A DNA stretch of 64,000 nucleotides. Origin: Gammaproteobacteria bacterium Ga0074134 (lineage in GTDB: Bacteria; Pseudomonadota; Gammaproteobacteria; Ga0077554; Ga007554). Below, one piece after another: positions 1 to 9,966 of this stretch. The stretch lies in contig LNEJ01000027.1 of NCBI GenBank assembly GCA_001464965.1, positions 17,003 to 81,002 of the forward strand, written 5' to 3'. Position 1 is the stretch's first letter. Each line of letters opens with the position of its first letter. The position numbers and the translations under genes are program-made. The notes under the pieces were generated by a model. That model ran no database searches. It was not told the DNA's origin and worked only from the letters and a program-made list of their open reading frames with translations.

Positions 1-431
1 CTCGCGCCATAATGGGCGGACAAGAAGAGTCCAGTGCTTTGATGGATCTTTTCGCTGTGTTCCGCGAACTGCTGCAACCACGCATGGGCACGCCGGTCTT
101 GCCAGCTGATGACGGGCGAGAGCGCGGCGCCGCTATGCTTGTCCCAGCACACCACGCTGGAGCGTTGCGTGGCCAAACCTGCCGCGATCACAGTGCTGGC
201 GCGGTCGCCCAGACGGTGCATGGTATTGCTAATGGCGGTGTGTAGAGAGGTAATCAGTTGTGCTGGGTCATGCTCCGCCCAGCCGTCGTGAGGATGAGTA
301 ACGCCGATGGGTTGGAAGTCGCTGGCGACTATCCTTCCCTGGCTGTCAAATACCAGTGCGCGGCTCGCATGGCCGCCCTGGTCAATGGCGAGATAGAGCG
401 GGTCGTCAGGCGGCGCTGGCGTTGGGTTCAT
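1..431 (-). CDS. FGGY-family carbohydrate kinase (glycerol-kinase-like); N-terminal part only, the gene continues past the window start
   Basis: Manual minus-strand translation from the ATG at 431 gives [59 protein letters not shown]...VVCWDKHSGAALSPVISWQDRRA. This matches the FGGY/GlpK N-terminal motifs (AIDQGTTSSRAV..GWVEHDP..NQRET.V.W). There is no stop before position 1, so it is absent from the ORF track. It overlaps the NUDIX stop by 26 nt. Confidence 0.55.
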   Translation of the reverse strand, partial: MNPTPAPPDDPLYLAIDQGGHASRALVFDSQGRIVASDFQPIGVTHPHDGWAEHDPAQLITSLHTAISNTMHRLGDRASTVIAAGLATQRSSVVCWDKHSGAALSPVISWQDRRAHAWLQQFAEHSEKIHQSTGLFLSAHYGA

Positions 432-879
432 CGAAATGGAGGTCACCGATGATCTCTAGCGGGTAGCGCTTTCCGGCCAGGTAATCATCAATGCAGCGCA
501 TTACCATTGGGCTGCGCAGGCGCGCGGTGTTTTCGCACAGTTCGGCGCGCGTCATCCATACCGCGCGCAGGATGCCGGTATCAAGTGTGCGGGACGGTTC
601 ATGGCTGTGGCAGGAGCCGCTAAAGCATGCGCGCAGGTAGGTGGCGCCGCTGCCTGGGTGTTGCCAGCGGTAGAAGCCGACCAGCGCGGCGGGCCGGAAA
701 TGCCAGGCGGTTTCTTCCAGAGTCTCACGAATGGCGGCCATGATCAGGCCTTCGCCTTCATCCAGGTGTCCCGCGGGCTGGTTGTAAACAATCTTTCCGT
801 CGCTTTTTTCCTCAACCATAAGAAATTGCCCCTCGCGTTCGATCACGGCGGCAACGGTTACGTGGGGTTTCCAGGTCAT
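406..879 (-). CDS. NUDIX hydrolase
   Basis: 157 aa with a Nudix box-like [22 protein letters not shown]. Confidence 0.8.
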   Translation of the reverse strand: MTWKPHVTVAAVIEREGQFLMVEEKSDGKIVYNQPAGHLDEGEGLIMAAIRETLEETAWHFRPAALVGFYRWQHPGSGATYLRACFSGSCHSHEPSRTLDTGILRAVWMTRAELCENTARLRSPMVMRCIDDYLAGKRYPLEIIGDLHFDEPNASAA

Positions 880-1463
880 GTATGTACTTTTTCCATAGTT
901 GGTTTTTTCACTTTACTCATTAACGGCGTGTGAGCCTCTTTCCATGAGCCGGGCGCAAGCCCTTCCAGTGTCCATTCGCCGATGGCATACCGGATCAGTC
1001 GCAGCGTCGGATAGCCAACGGCGGCGGTCATGCGCCGCACCTGGCGGTTGCGCCCTTCGCGGATCTTCAGTTCGAGCCATGCAGTAGGAATGGCCGCCCG
1101 GTAGCGGATGGGCGGGCTGCGCGGCCAGATTTCGGGCGCATCCATCAGCCGCGCCTTGGCAGGTGCGGTCATGCCATCATTCAGTCGCACACCTCGCTCG
1201 AGTTCAGTCAGTGCGCTGGCATCTGGAATGCCTTCCACCTGTACCCAATAGGTCTTTTCCATTTTATGGCGCGGGTCTGAGATGCGGTGCTGCAACTCGC
1301 CATCATTTGTCAGGATCAGCAGGCCCTCGCTGTCACGGTCCAGCCGCCCGGCGGGATAAACGCCCGGCACGTCGATATAGTCGGCCAGTGTCTTGCGTCC
1401 TTCCTGGTCGGTGAACTGCGTCAGGACGTCATAGGGTTTATTAAACAGGATGACTTTTACCAT
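876..1463 (-). CDS. rluE: 23S rRNA pseudouridine synthase RluE
   Basis: [22 protein letters not shown]...[23 protein letters not shown] matches RluE closely. There is a 4-nt overlap with the downstream NUDIX gene. Confidence 0.8.
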   Translation of the reverse strand: MVKVILFNKPYDVLTQFTDQEGRKTLADYIDVPGVYPAGRLDRDSEGLLILTNDGELQHRISDPRHKMEKTYWVQVEGIPDASALTELERGVRLNDGMTAPAKARLMDAPEIWPRSPPIRYRAAIPTAWLELKIREGRNRQVRRMTAAVGYPTLRLIRYAIGEWTLEGLAPGSWKEAHTPLMSKVKKPTMEKVHT

Positions 1464-1565
1464 TTTGTGAATATACCCGATTTACCCGTGCGGTGTGGGC
1501 GTGGAATTGTTAAAATGCTTCAAATTTAAGCTGACCTGCCATGTTTGTTTTCTGATGGAGCGCGT

Positions 1566-2822
1566 ATGACCTACGAAAAGATAACCGTCCCCGCCAATGG
1601 AGAACGGATTGCCGTTAATCCGGATTTTTCGCTTAATGTCCCGTCTTGCCCGATTATCCCATTCATCGAAGGGGACGGCATCGGCGTGGATGTCACGCCG
1701 GTCATGCGCACAGTGGTCAATGCGGCGGTAGCGAAGGCGTACGGCGGCGCCAAATCCATCGCCTGGATGGAGGTGTATGCCGGGGACAAGGCGACGCAGG
1801 TCTACGGTCGGGATGTTTATCTACCGGAGGAAACCATGCAGGCGCTACGTGAGTATCCCGTCTCCATCAAGGGGCCGCTGGCGACGCCGGTGGGTGGTGG
1901 AATCCGCTCCTTGAATGTCGCTCTGCGCCAGGAGCTGGACCTTTATATCTGTCTGCGCCCGGTGTGTTATTTCACCGGCACCCCCAGTCCTGTGAAGGCG
2001 CCGGAGAAGGTGGATATGGTGATCTTCCGCGAAAACTCCGAGGATATCTACGCCGGCATCGAGTGGGCGGCGGGTACGCCGGAGGCGCAGAAGGTGATCG
2101 ATTTTCTGCGCAACGAAATGGGCGTGAAAAAGATCCGTTTCCCCGGCAGCTCCGCCATCGGCATCAAGCCGGTGTCGCGCGAGGGCACCGAGCGTCTGGT
2201 GCGCAAGGCGTTACAGTATGCCATCGACAATGGACGTGACTCCGTGACGCTGGTTCACAAGGGCAATATCATGAAATTCACCGAGGGTGGATTCAAGAAT
2301 TGGGGTTATGAACTGGCCAAGGCTGAATTCGGCGCACAGGAGGTCGGTAGCGGGCCATGGTGCCGCATGAAAAACCCCAGGACAGGCGCTGAGATTCTCA
2401 TTAAAGACGTTATCGCCGACGCCTTTCTCCAGGAGATTCTGTTGCGTCCCGAGGATTTCAGCGTGATCGCCACGCTTAACCTCAATGGCGATTACATCTC
2501 CGATGCGCTGGCCGCGCAGGTGGGCGGTATCGGCATCGCCCCCGGCGCCAATCTGTCCGATTCCGTTGCCATGTTCGAGGCGACGCACGGCACTGCACCC
2601 AAACATGCCGGCAAGAATGATGTCAATCCCAGCTCCGTAATCCTCTCCGCGGAGATGATGCTGCGTCACATGGGCTGGTTTGAGGCGGCGGATCTGGTCA
2701 CCAAGGGCGTTGCAGGGGCCATTGCCAGCCATACCGTCACCCACGATCTGGCGCGATTGATGCCAGAAGCAACGCAGGTGAGCTGCTCCGGGTTTGGCGA
2801 GGCGGTTATTGCGAATATGTGA
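1566..2822 (+). CDS. icd: NADP-dependent isocitrate dehydrogenase
   Basis: Icd-type N-terminus [15 protein letters not shown]...[15 protein letters not shown]. The start is placed at ATG 1566 inside the longer ORF. Confidence 0.9.
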   Translation: MTYEKITVPANGERIAVNPDFSLNVPSCPIIPFIEGDGIGVDVTPVMRTVVNAAVAKAYGGAKSIAWMEVYAGDKATQVYGRDVYLPEETMQALREYPVSIKGPLATPVGGGIRSLNVALRQELDLYICLRPVCYFTGTPSPVKAPEKVDMVIFRENSEDIYAGIEWAAGTPEAQKVIDFLRNEMGVKKIRFPGSSAIGIKPVSREGTERLVRKALQYAIDNGRDSVTLVHKGNIMKFTEGGFKNWGYELAKAEFGAQEVGSGPWCRMKNPRTGAEILIKDVIADAFLQEILLRPEDFSVIATLNLNGDYISDALAAQVGGIGIAPGANLSDSVAMFEATHGTAPKHAGKNDVNPSSVILSAEMMLRHMGWFEAADLVTKGVAGAIASHTVTHDLARLMPEATQVSCSGFGEAVIANM

Positions 2823-2861
2823 ACTGGCAAGGGGGGCAGATAATCTGCCAGCCCTTCGAGT

Positions 2862-3077
2862 TTAGCTATTGTTTAGCACCGCCTGTATGTTCTGGGCATG
2901 CCGTCCCTTGGGGCCGTCGGTAATCTCGAACTCGACCTTTTGGCCTTCGCGCAAGGTCTTGTAGCCGTCCATGGAGATTGCCGAGAAGTGGGCGAAGATG
3001 TCATCGCCACCACCCTCTGGGGAGATAAAGCCATATCCTTTGGCATTGCTGAACCATTTGACAGTGCCAGTCGCCAT
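2862..3077 (-). CDS. cold-shock protein (CspA family)
   Basis: [34 protein letters not shown] carries the RNP1/RNP2 motifs of the cold-shock domain. Confidence 0.9.
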   Translation of the reverse strand: MATGTVKWFSNAKGYGFISPEGGGDDIFAHFSAISMDGYKTLREGQKVEFEITDGPKGRHAQNIQAVLNNS

Positions 3078-3228
3078 ACTATATTACCTCTTGAATCGTG
3101 ACGGGGTTTGCCGCGGTTGTACTATCGTGAGATACCCGATGACGGGTTGACTTCTGAACTTTTATTGTGGTTGAAAATACTTTTATAACGATTTTTTGCG
3201 GATAGTCAAGCCTTCTTTGAGAAAATCA

Positions 3229-3382
3229 GGGAACCTCTGATGTGTCAGGAGTTTCTCGGTACATGGGCGTGCCGGCATTTTCCATGCACGTCAAGTGATT
3301 GAAAAATGAAGAAAAGCAAAAATCACATATTTTGCTTTTCGTGCGCTGAGAATCCCAGTGTGGAATTATTCAGAGCTTTCGG
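3229..3382. repeat. intergenic structured repeat, family 1, copy A (hairpin ggaacctctga...tcaggag plus aatgaagaaaagcaaaaatcacat...ctgagaatcccag..ggaattattcagagc)
   Basis: Highly similar to 21626-21775 and 54223-54372; its second module matches 22913-22988; a shortened version is at 16546-16640. Confidence 0.6.
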
Positions 3383-3475
3383 TTAGATAAAGGGCTTGTT
3401 CCGTTATGGTGACGTCCCAATTATGAGACAGCGTACTGGAAAAAATTTTCTGATTTTGAGTACAATCGGGTCGCT

Positions 3476-3796
3476 ATGAAAGAAGGACAACAGGATAATC
3501 ATGACGATGGAGTGGCGCTGGAGGAGGCGAAGCCGAAGCTCAAGCGCCCGCCCATGTACAAGGTGCTGCTGCTGAACGATGACTACACGCCTATGGAGTT
3601 TGTCGTTCACGTATTAGAGGTCTTTTTTGCCATGAGCCTTGATCAAGCCACACAGGTCATGCTGCATGTGCATACACGAGGGGTGGGGGTATGCGGTCTT
3701 TTTACGCGCGATATTGCCGAGACCAAGGTGGCCCAGGTGACACAATTCGCACAGGAAAACCAGCACCCGTTGAAATGCACCATGGAAGAAGCATAG
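3476..3796 (+). CDS. clpS: ATP-dependent Clp protease adaptor ClpS
   Basis: [27 protein letters not shown] is the ClpS core. Confidence 0.9.
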   Translation: MKEGQQDNHDDGVALEEAKPKLKRPPMYKVLLLNDDYTPMEFVVHVLEVFFAMSLDQATQVMLHVHTRGVGVCGLFTRDIAETKVAQVTQFAQENQHPLKCTMEEA

Positions 3797-3892
3797 ACTC
3801 ATTGCTCGACTGCATGGATGGACGAGGTAGGGCAACGCAGAGAGCAGTTGCCGGGAATTTTTTATTAAGTCTTCGGACAAGAGGTTAATCCC

Positions 3893-6160
3893 ATGTTAAG
3901 CAAGGACCTCGAATTCACGCTGAATATCGCCTTCAGAGAGGCGCGTGAGAAGTTGCACGAATTCATGACGGTCGAGCACTTGTTGCTCGCCTTGCTTGAT
4001 AATCCCGGGGCGGCTGCGGTATTGCGCGCTTGCGGCGCGGATCTCGACAGGCTGAAGAAAGATCTCGCCGCTTTTGTGGACGAGAGCACCCCGTTACTGC
4101 CCCCGCAGGATAAACGCGACACCCAGCCCACGCTGGGCTTTCAGCGGGTTCTGCAGCGCGCGGTGTTTCATGTGCAGTCCTCCGGAAAAAATGAAGTGCA
4201 GGCCGCCAACGTACTGGTCGCTATTTTCGGCGAGCAGGATTCACAGGCCGTCTACTTCCTCAACCGGCAGAACATCACGCGCCTGGACGTTGTGAATTAT
4301 ATCTCCCATGGCATCTCCAAGGTGCATGGCGAGGGCGAGGGGGCGCCGCACACGCCCTCCAGCGAGGACGAAGCGGGGGCAGAGGCGCCCGCCAAAAGCC
4401 CGCTTGAGCTCTATGCGGCCAATCTCAATCAGCTGGCCAGGCAGGGCAAGATCGACCCGCTGATCGGCCGCAAGCACGAAATCCAGCGCACCATCCAGAT
4501 CCTGTGCCGTCGCCGCAAGAATAACCCGCTGTTCGTCGGCGAGGCCGGCGTGGGCAAAACTGCGCTGGCCGAAGGGCTGGCGAAGATGATCATTGATGGC
4601 GAGGTGCCGGAGGTGCTGGCACATAGCACGGTGTATTCGCTGGATCTGGGCGCGCTGCTGGCGGGTACCAAGTATCGCGGTGATTTTGAAAAGCGCCTGA
4701 AAGGCGTGGTCAATCAGTTGCAGAAAGAAGCGGGCGCGATCCTGTTCATCGATGAGATTCATACCATCATCGGTGCGGGCGCAGCCTCCGGCGGGGTGAT
4801 GGACGCCTCTAACCTGATCAAGCCGGTGCTCGCCTCCGGTGCATTGAAGTGCATCGGTTCCACTACCTATCAGGAGTACCGCGGTGTTTTTGAGAAGGAC
4901 CGGGCCTTGGCGCGGCGTTTTCAAAAGATCGATGTGGCCGAACCCACGGTTGATGAGACGGTGCAGATTCTGGAAGGCCTGAAATCACGCTTTGAAGAGC
5001 ATCATCATGTCAAATACTCCAAGCAGGCGCTGCGTGTGGCGGCGGAACTGGCGGCGCGCTACATCAACGACCGTTATTTGCCCGACAAGGCGATTGACGT
5101 GATCGACGAGGTGGGGGCGAATCAGCACTTGCTGCCTGTCTCCAAACGCAAAAAAGTGATCGGCGCCAAGGAGATAGAGGACATCATCGCCAAGATTGCA
5201 CGTATTCCGCCCAAGAGCGTTTCCAGCTCCGACAAAGACGTGCTGCGCAATCTGGAGCGTGACCTGAAGATGCTGGTGTTTGGCCAGAACGATGCCATCG
5301 AGGCATTGGCATCTGCAATTAAGATGTCGCGGGCCGGCTTGGGCAATGCGCAAAAACCCATAGGCTCTTTCCTGCTCGCTGGCCCCACCGGCGTGGGCAA
5401 GACCGAAGTGACGCGCCAGCTTGCCAAGGTTATGGGGATCGAACTGATCCGCTTCGATATGTCCGAATACATGGAGCGCCATACCGTGTCGCGCCTGATC
5501 GGTGCGCCGCCGGGCTACGTGGGCTTTGACCAGGGCGGCCTATTGACCGAGGCGGTTACCAAGCACCCTCATGCGGTGCTGCTGCTGGATGAGATCGAGA
5601 AGGCGCATCCGGATGTTTTCAACATTCTATTGCAAGTGATGGATCATGGCACACTCACGGACAATAACGGGCGCAAGGCCGATTTCCGCAATGTGATCCT
5701 GATCATGACCACCAATGCCGGTGCGGATCAGATGAGCCGCAGTTCCATCGGTTTTGTACATCAGGATCATGCCAGCGACGGCACGGAGGCGATCAAGCGC
5801 TTGTTCAGCCCTGAATTCCGCAACCGCCTGGACGCCATTATCCAGTTCAAGCCGCTGGACAGCGCTACCATCGCCTTCGTGGTGGACAAGTTCATCATTG
5901 AGCTGGAGGCCCAGCTGGAAGATAAGAACGTGACACTCGAAGTCGACAATACCGCCCGGCAGTGGCTGGCCGAGCATGGTTATGACGAGAAAATGGGTGC
6001 GCGCCCGATGGCACGGATCATCCAGGAGCACATCAAGCGCCCCCTGGCCGAAGAACTGCTGTTTGGCAAGCTCGCGCGCGGCGGGCATATCCGCATCAGC
6101 GTAAGTGATGGCAAGCTGGCATTCGCGCTGGAAGGCGCGGAACAACTGCAGGAAAGTTAG
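3893..6160 (+). CDS. clpA: ATP-dependent Clp protease ATP-binding subunit ClpA
   Basis: 755 aa with two AAA+ modules (GEAGVGKT and GPTGVGKT) and the ClpA N-domain MLSKDLEFTLNIAFREAREKLHEFMTVEHLLLALL. Confidence 0.9.
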   Translation: MLSKDLEFTLNIAFREAREKLHEFMTVEHLLLALLDNPGAAAVLRACGADLDRLKKDLAAFVDESTPLLPPQDKRDTQPTLGFQRVLQRAVFHVQSSGKNEVQAANVLVAIFGEQDSQAVYFLNRQNITRLDVVNYISHGISKVHGEGEGAPHTPSSEDEAGAEAPAKSPLELYAANLNQLARQGKIDPLIGRKHEIQRTIQILCRRRKNNPLFVGEAGVGKTALAEGLAKMIIDGEVPEVLAHSTVYSLDLGALLAGTKYRGDFEKRLKGVVNQLQKEAGAILFIDEIHTIIGAGAASGGVMDASNLIKPVLASGALKCIGSTTYQEYRGVFEKDRALARRFQKIDVAEPTVDETVQILEGLKSRFEEHHHVKYSKQALRVAAELAARYINDRYLPDKAIDVIDEVGANQHLLPVSKRKKVIGAKEIEDIIAKIARIPPKSVSSSDKDVLRNLERDLKMLVFGQNDAIEALASAIKMSRAGLGNAQKPIGSFLLAGPTGVGKTEVTRQLAKVMGIELIRFDMSEYMERHTVSRLIGAPPGYVGFDQGGLLTEAVTKHPHAVLLLDEIEKAHPDVFNILLQVMDHGTLTDNNGRKADFRNVILIMTTNAGADQMSRSSIGFVHQDHASDGTEAIKRLFSPEFRNRLDAIIQFKPLDSATIAFVVDKFIIELEAQLEDKNVTLEVDNTARQWLAEHGYDEKMGARPMARIIQEHIKRPLAEELLFGKLARGGHIRISVSDGKLAFALEGAEQLQES

Positions 6161-6167
6161 TGTTGTG

Positions 6168-6190
6168 GGGGGAAGCCTTACCCCCTGCGC
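6168..6190. terminator. hairpin between the convergent clpA and infA genes (possible bidirectional terminator)
   Basis: A G6...C5 inverted repeat (gtggggggaagccttaccccctgc) lies between the two stop codons. There is no clear U-tract. Confidence 0.3.
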
Positions 6191-6209
6191 AACCGGCGGC
6201 TACGCGGAC

Positions 6210-6428
6210 TCAGCGGGCGCGGAAGGTGATGCGCGCCTTGCTCAGGTCATAAGGAGTCATTTCCACCGTAACCTTATCGCCGGTCAGAATGCGGATGTAG
6301 TTCTTGCGCATTTTTCCCGAGATGTGAGCCGTTACAATGTGGCCGTTATCAAGCTGTACCCGGAACATGGTATTGGGCAGGGTTTCCAATATCGTTCCTT
6401 CCATTTCAATATGATCTTCTTTTGCCAT
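6210..6428 (-). CDS. infA: translation initiation factor IF-1
   Basis: [53 protein letters not shown] is near-identical to bacterial IF-1. Confidence 0.95.
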   Translation of the reverse strand: MAKEDHIEMEGTILETLPNTMFRVQLDNGHIVTAHISGKMRKNYIRILTGDKVTVEMTPYDLSKARITFRAR

Positions 6429-6563
6429 GCAAATAATAGTGCTCTTGATGAATAATCATGGATGCCGAGCCAGGTTCACCCTGGCTTAATGAACCATTTT
6501 GCCTGAATCCAGTATGATTGGCAAAGTTTGTGTTATAAATTTGAGGTGCAATGTTTCTAAGCG

Positions 6564-8423
6564 GTGGCTGACAAACAAGATAAAGCAGAGGGCTATGGAA
6601 TGGTTCGTTGCATGGGCAGTAGTGGAGGCGGAAAAATCCTGAGGGTGATGTTTGCCTTGTTCGCCGTGGCGTCAGGGTTGCTGCTTGCGGGGTGCGGTTC
6701 CAGCGGAGGCGGTCCAAGTGGCGGGGGTGACACCACCAAGCCTTCCGTCATGCTCACCAGTCCTGCCAAGGATGCCACTGGCGTACCCGTCGCCGCCGTG
6801 CTTGCGGCTTCATTCTCCGAGGCCATGAAGGTTTCGACCATCTCCGATGTCACGTTCATCGTGAACGCGGGGAGTGACCAGGTTGCCGGAAAAGTCGCTT
6901 TCAGCGCGCTCTCCAATGCCGCGACTTTCACGCCCGATGCCCCCCTTAAGTACGATACAACCTATACCGTGACGATCAAGGCGGCGTCTGTAACGGATAT
7001 GTCAAACAATTCGTTGAATGCCAACTCGCCGGCGGGAGATTATGTCTGGAGCTTTACCACTACCCGGTCTGGCGCGGTGGATACCAGCTTTGGTGACGGT
7101 GGAACAGGTATAGGTACAGGTACAGGTAATGCCTCTGCCGCGATCACCCCATTTTCACCTCACGGCTCAAGTGAGGCTAGGTCCGTCGCCATCCAGCCGG
7201 ATGGTATGATCGTCGTCGCAGGTTCGGCGTGGAATGGCCGCGACTGGGATTTTGCGCTGGCTCGCTATAACCCGGAGGGCATCCTGGATACGACTTTTGG
7301 CCCGAATCGTACCGGTATAATGGTGCTTGATCTCGGCGGTGGTAAGCATGACATTGCGCAATCTCTGAAGATCGACACCAACGGCAAGATTGTGGTGGCG
7401 GGATTTGTTGCCAAAGGCCCCAACGACAACGACAACGACTTCGCCCTTGTGCGATTGAACCCGAATGGCACGCTTGATACCAATTTTGGAACGGACGGTA
7501 TCGTCACTACCGATTTCAACGGGCAGAATGATGTGGTTTATGCGCTTGCGATTCAGCCGGATGGGAAAATTGTTGTGGCGGGTTTTAGCAGTACGCGAGG
7601 TACGGCTACGTCTACCATCTTTGTTGATGCATACCAGGCCAATCCCATTATATTTGGAAGCGGTTTGACCGTATTCGATTTTGCGTTGGCCCGCTACGAC
7701 CAATCCGGCAAGCTTGATACCAGCTTCGGTAACGGGGGCATGGTCACCACGGCTGTTGGCGATAATGCCAGCGTTGCTCGTGCCATTGCTCTTCAAGCGG
7801 ACGGCAAGATTGTTGTGGCGGGGTATGCTGATCAGAACGCCCAAGCCAACTTCGCGTTGGCCCGCTTTGATGAGAACGGTAACCTGGATGCTGAGTTTGG
7901 CATTGGCGTCCGCGCTGGCAAGGTTATTACACCTATCGCGTCAGGCAAGGATAATGGAGCTCTGTCCGTGGCTATTCAGCCGGACGGCAAAATCGTCGCG
8001 GCCGGTACCGTTGAGAATGTTTTCGGCGGTACGGATTTCGGCCTTGCCCGCTATAACCGTGACGGTACTTTGGATAGCGATTTTGCGGGTGATGGCACAG
8101 TGATCACAGCCGTTGGCCCAAATGGCGGTGCCGTAGCTTTCGCTGTCACCGTTCAGGGGGATGGCAAGATCCTCACGGCGGGAGTGGCCTCAAATGGCAA
8201 GGACGATGATTTTGTCATGGTTCGCTATGGTGTGAATGGCTCTCTGGATAGCGGTTTTGGATTGGGTGGAAGGGTGACTACACCTGTGCGTTCCGGGGCG
8301 GATGTGGCATTTGCGGTAGCGATTCAGCCAGCGCTAGACAACAAGATCATCATGGCAGGAAGAAGCCTGCGCCCCAGCAATAATAGTATCTATGATTTCG
8401 CCCTGGTCCGTTATTGGCCATAA
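6564..8423 (+). CDS. lipoprotein with an N-terminal Ig-like (SbsA/Big_5-type) domain followed by about 8 delta-60-type beta-propeller repeats
   Basis: Lipobox LLLAGCGSSGG. The Ig-like segment is TTKPSVMLTSPAKDATGVP...YTVTIKAASVTDMSNNSL. The unit D(T/S)xFGxxG...A(I/L)AIQPDGKIVVAG...DFALARY recurs about every 55-60 aa. The true start may be M at 6600 or 6648. Confidence 0.6.
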   Translation: MADKQDKAEGYGMVRCMGSSGGGKILRVMFALFAVASGLLLAGCGSSGGGPSGGGDTTKPSVMLTSPAKDATGVPVAAVLAASFSEAMKVSTISDVTFIVNAGSDQVAGKVAFSALSNAATFTPDAPLKYDTTYTVTIKAASVTDMSNNSLNANSPAGDYVWSFTTTRSGAVDTSFGDGGTGIGTGTGNASAAITPFSPHGSSEARSVAIQPDGMIVVAGSAWNGRDWDFALARYNPEGILDTTFGPNRTGIMVLDLGGGKHDIAQSLKIDTNGKIVVAGFVAKGPNDNDNDFALVRLNPNGTLDTNFGTDGIVTTDFNGQNDVVYALAIQPDGKIVVAGFSSTRGTATSTIFVDAYQANPIIFGSGLTVFDFALARYDQSGKLDTSFGNGGMVTTAVGDNASVARAIALQADGKIVVAGYADQNAQANFALARFDENGNLDAEFGIGVRAGKVITPIASGKDNGALSVAIQPDGKIVAAGTVENVFGGTDFGLARYNRDGTLDSDFAGDGTVITAVGPNGGAVAFAVTVQGDGKILTAGVASNGKDDDFVMVRYGVNGSLDSGFGLGGRVTTPVRSGADVAFAVAIQPALDNKIIMAGRSLRPSNNSIYDFALVRYWP

Positions 8424-9142
8424 ATGGTGTGGAAAGCCGGATCAATAATATTCCAGCGCCCACCCCTGTAAGCCTCCAGCGGACGGTACTGGCTTTTATA
8501 GCGCATCTTGGGCGATGCTTCTATCCAGTAGCCGAGATAGACCCACGGTAAGCCGAGGCGGCTGGCTTCCTCGATCTGCCACAGCACGGCATACACCCCC
8601 AGGCTGCGCGCATGGTGGTCCGGGTCGAAGAAGGTGTATACCGCCGACAGCCCCTGCTCGAGATGATCGACTATGGCCACAGCCAGCAACTGGCCGCGCA
8701 GCCGGAATTCATAAAAGGCGGTGTCGATCCGGGGATGTGTGAAAAAAGACAGATAATGCTCCGGATCGGGGTCGTCCATGCCGCCGCCGGGGTGGCGGGT
8801 GGCGAGATAACGCCGGTAGAGCGCGAAGTGCTCTTCGTTGCGTACGGCCGCCACACGGCTAACTTGCAGGTCTGCATTGCGGCGCCAGGTGCGTTTCTGC
8901 ACGCGGTTGGGTTGGAATGCGGCAACGGGAATCCGCACCGGGATGCAGGCGTTGCAATCTTGGCAGTGGGGACGGTAGATGTGCTCGCCGCTGCGCCGGA
9001 AGCCATGATCAATAAGCCGGCTGTAGAGGTGTGTATCAACAGGCACGCGCGGATCGGGGAACAGGGTCGTTGCCGTGTGCCCCGGCAGGTAGCCGCAGGG
9101 GTGTGGCGTGCCGCTGTATAGGGCCAGGGTGCGGGTGGTCAT
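8411..9142 (-). CDS. bpt: arginyl/leucyl-tRNA--protein transferase Bpt (Ate1-like, acts on N-terminal Asp/Glu)
   Basis: MTTRTLALYSGTPHPCGYLPGH...HLYSRLIDHGFRRSG...CQDCNACIPVR is the Bpt/Ate1 N-terminal signature. The start is placed at the Met directly after the aat stop. Confidence 0.8.
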   Translation of the reverse strand: MTTRTLALYSGTPHPCGYLPGHTATTLFPDPRVPVDTHLYSRLIDHGFRRSGEHIYRPHCQDCNACIPVRIPVAAFQPNRVQKRTWRRNADLQVSRVAAVRNEEHFALYRRYLATRHPGGGMDDPDPEHYLSFFTHPRIDTAFYEFRLRGQLLAVAIVDHLEQGLSAVYTFFDPDHHARSLGVYAVLWQIEEASRLGLPWVYLGYWIEASPKMRYKSQYRPLEAYRGGRWNIIDPAFHTIYGQ

Positions 9143-9855
9143 ATGTCGCAAGGCTCGCATTCAATCCGCCACGGCGCGGGGTGGCCTGGTATGTCACGCC
9201 ATTGTTCCAATAACTTCTTGAAGCCGGCGCGGCTGATATCCTCGGCTCCCAGGCTCTGCAAGTGGCCGGAGCCTACCTGGCAATCAATCACGGCATAGCC
9301 CCAGCGCTCAAGTTGGCGCACCAGGTGGACAAAGGCCACCTTGGAGGCATCCGTAACGCGGCTGAACATGGATTCACCGAAAAACACCCTGCCGATTGCG
9401 ATACCATAAAGTCCGCCCGCCAGCTCATCTCCGCGCCAGGCCTCTACGGAGTGGGCAATGCCCATCTCATGCAGGCGGCAATAGGCATCGAGCATCTCGC
9501 TGGTGATCCATGTGCCCGCGCCATCAGTGCGCGGCGCGGCGCAGCCCTGCATCACCTGACGGAAGGCGGTATCCAGTGTTACCTTGAATTCTCCCTTTTT
9601 GAGCGTCTTGCGCAGGCTGCGCGATACTTTCAGGCGTGATGGAAACAGAACGGCACGGGGGTCGGGGGACCACCAGAGTATGGGTTGCCCGTCACTGTAC
9701 CAAGGGAAAATGCCGCAGCGATAGGCATTGATCAGACGTGCGGGCGCGAGATCGCCACCCGCCGCCAGCAGGCCGTTCGGTTCGCGGAAGGCGTATTCAA
9801 CGGGGGGGAATGAATGCGCGCCGTTAGCGGGGTTTATCCAAAATAACGTGCTCAT
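9139..9855 (-). CDS. aat: leucyl/phenylalanyl-tRNA--protein transferase
   Basis: LLAAGGDLAPARLINAYRCGIFPWYSDGQPILWWSPDPRAVL is the Aat signature. Confidence 0.9.
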   Translation of the reverse strand: MSTLFWINPANGAHSFPPVEYAFREPNGLLAAGGDLAPARLINAYRCGIFPWYSDGQPILWWSPDPRAVLFPSRLKVSRSLRKTLKKGEFKVTLDTAFRQVMQGCAAPRTDGAGTWITSEMLDAYCRLHEMGIAHSVEAWRGDELAGGLYGIAIGRVFFGESMFSRVTDASKVAFVHLVRQLERWGYAVIDCQVGSGHLQSLGAEDISRAGFKKLLEQWRDIPGHPAPWRIECEPCDI

Positions 9856-9966
9856 GTCAGAACGCCGGTTCCAGGGAAACGAGGCCGCATTTCCAACTCC
9901 ATGAAATAAATGAAATTATTCCAATTGTCTGGATTTGATGCCGATATCTTGAGACAATTATAAAAG

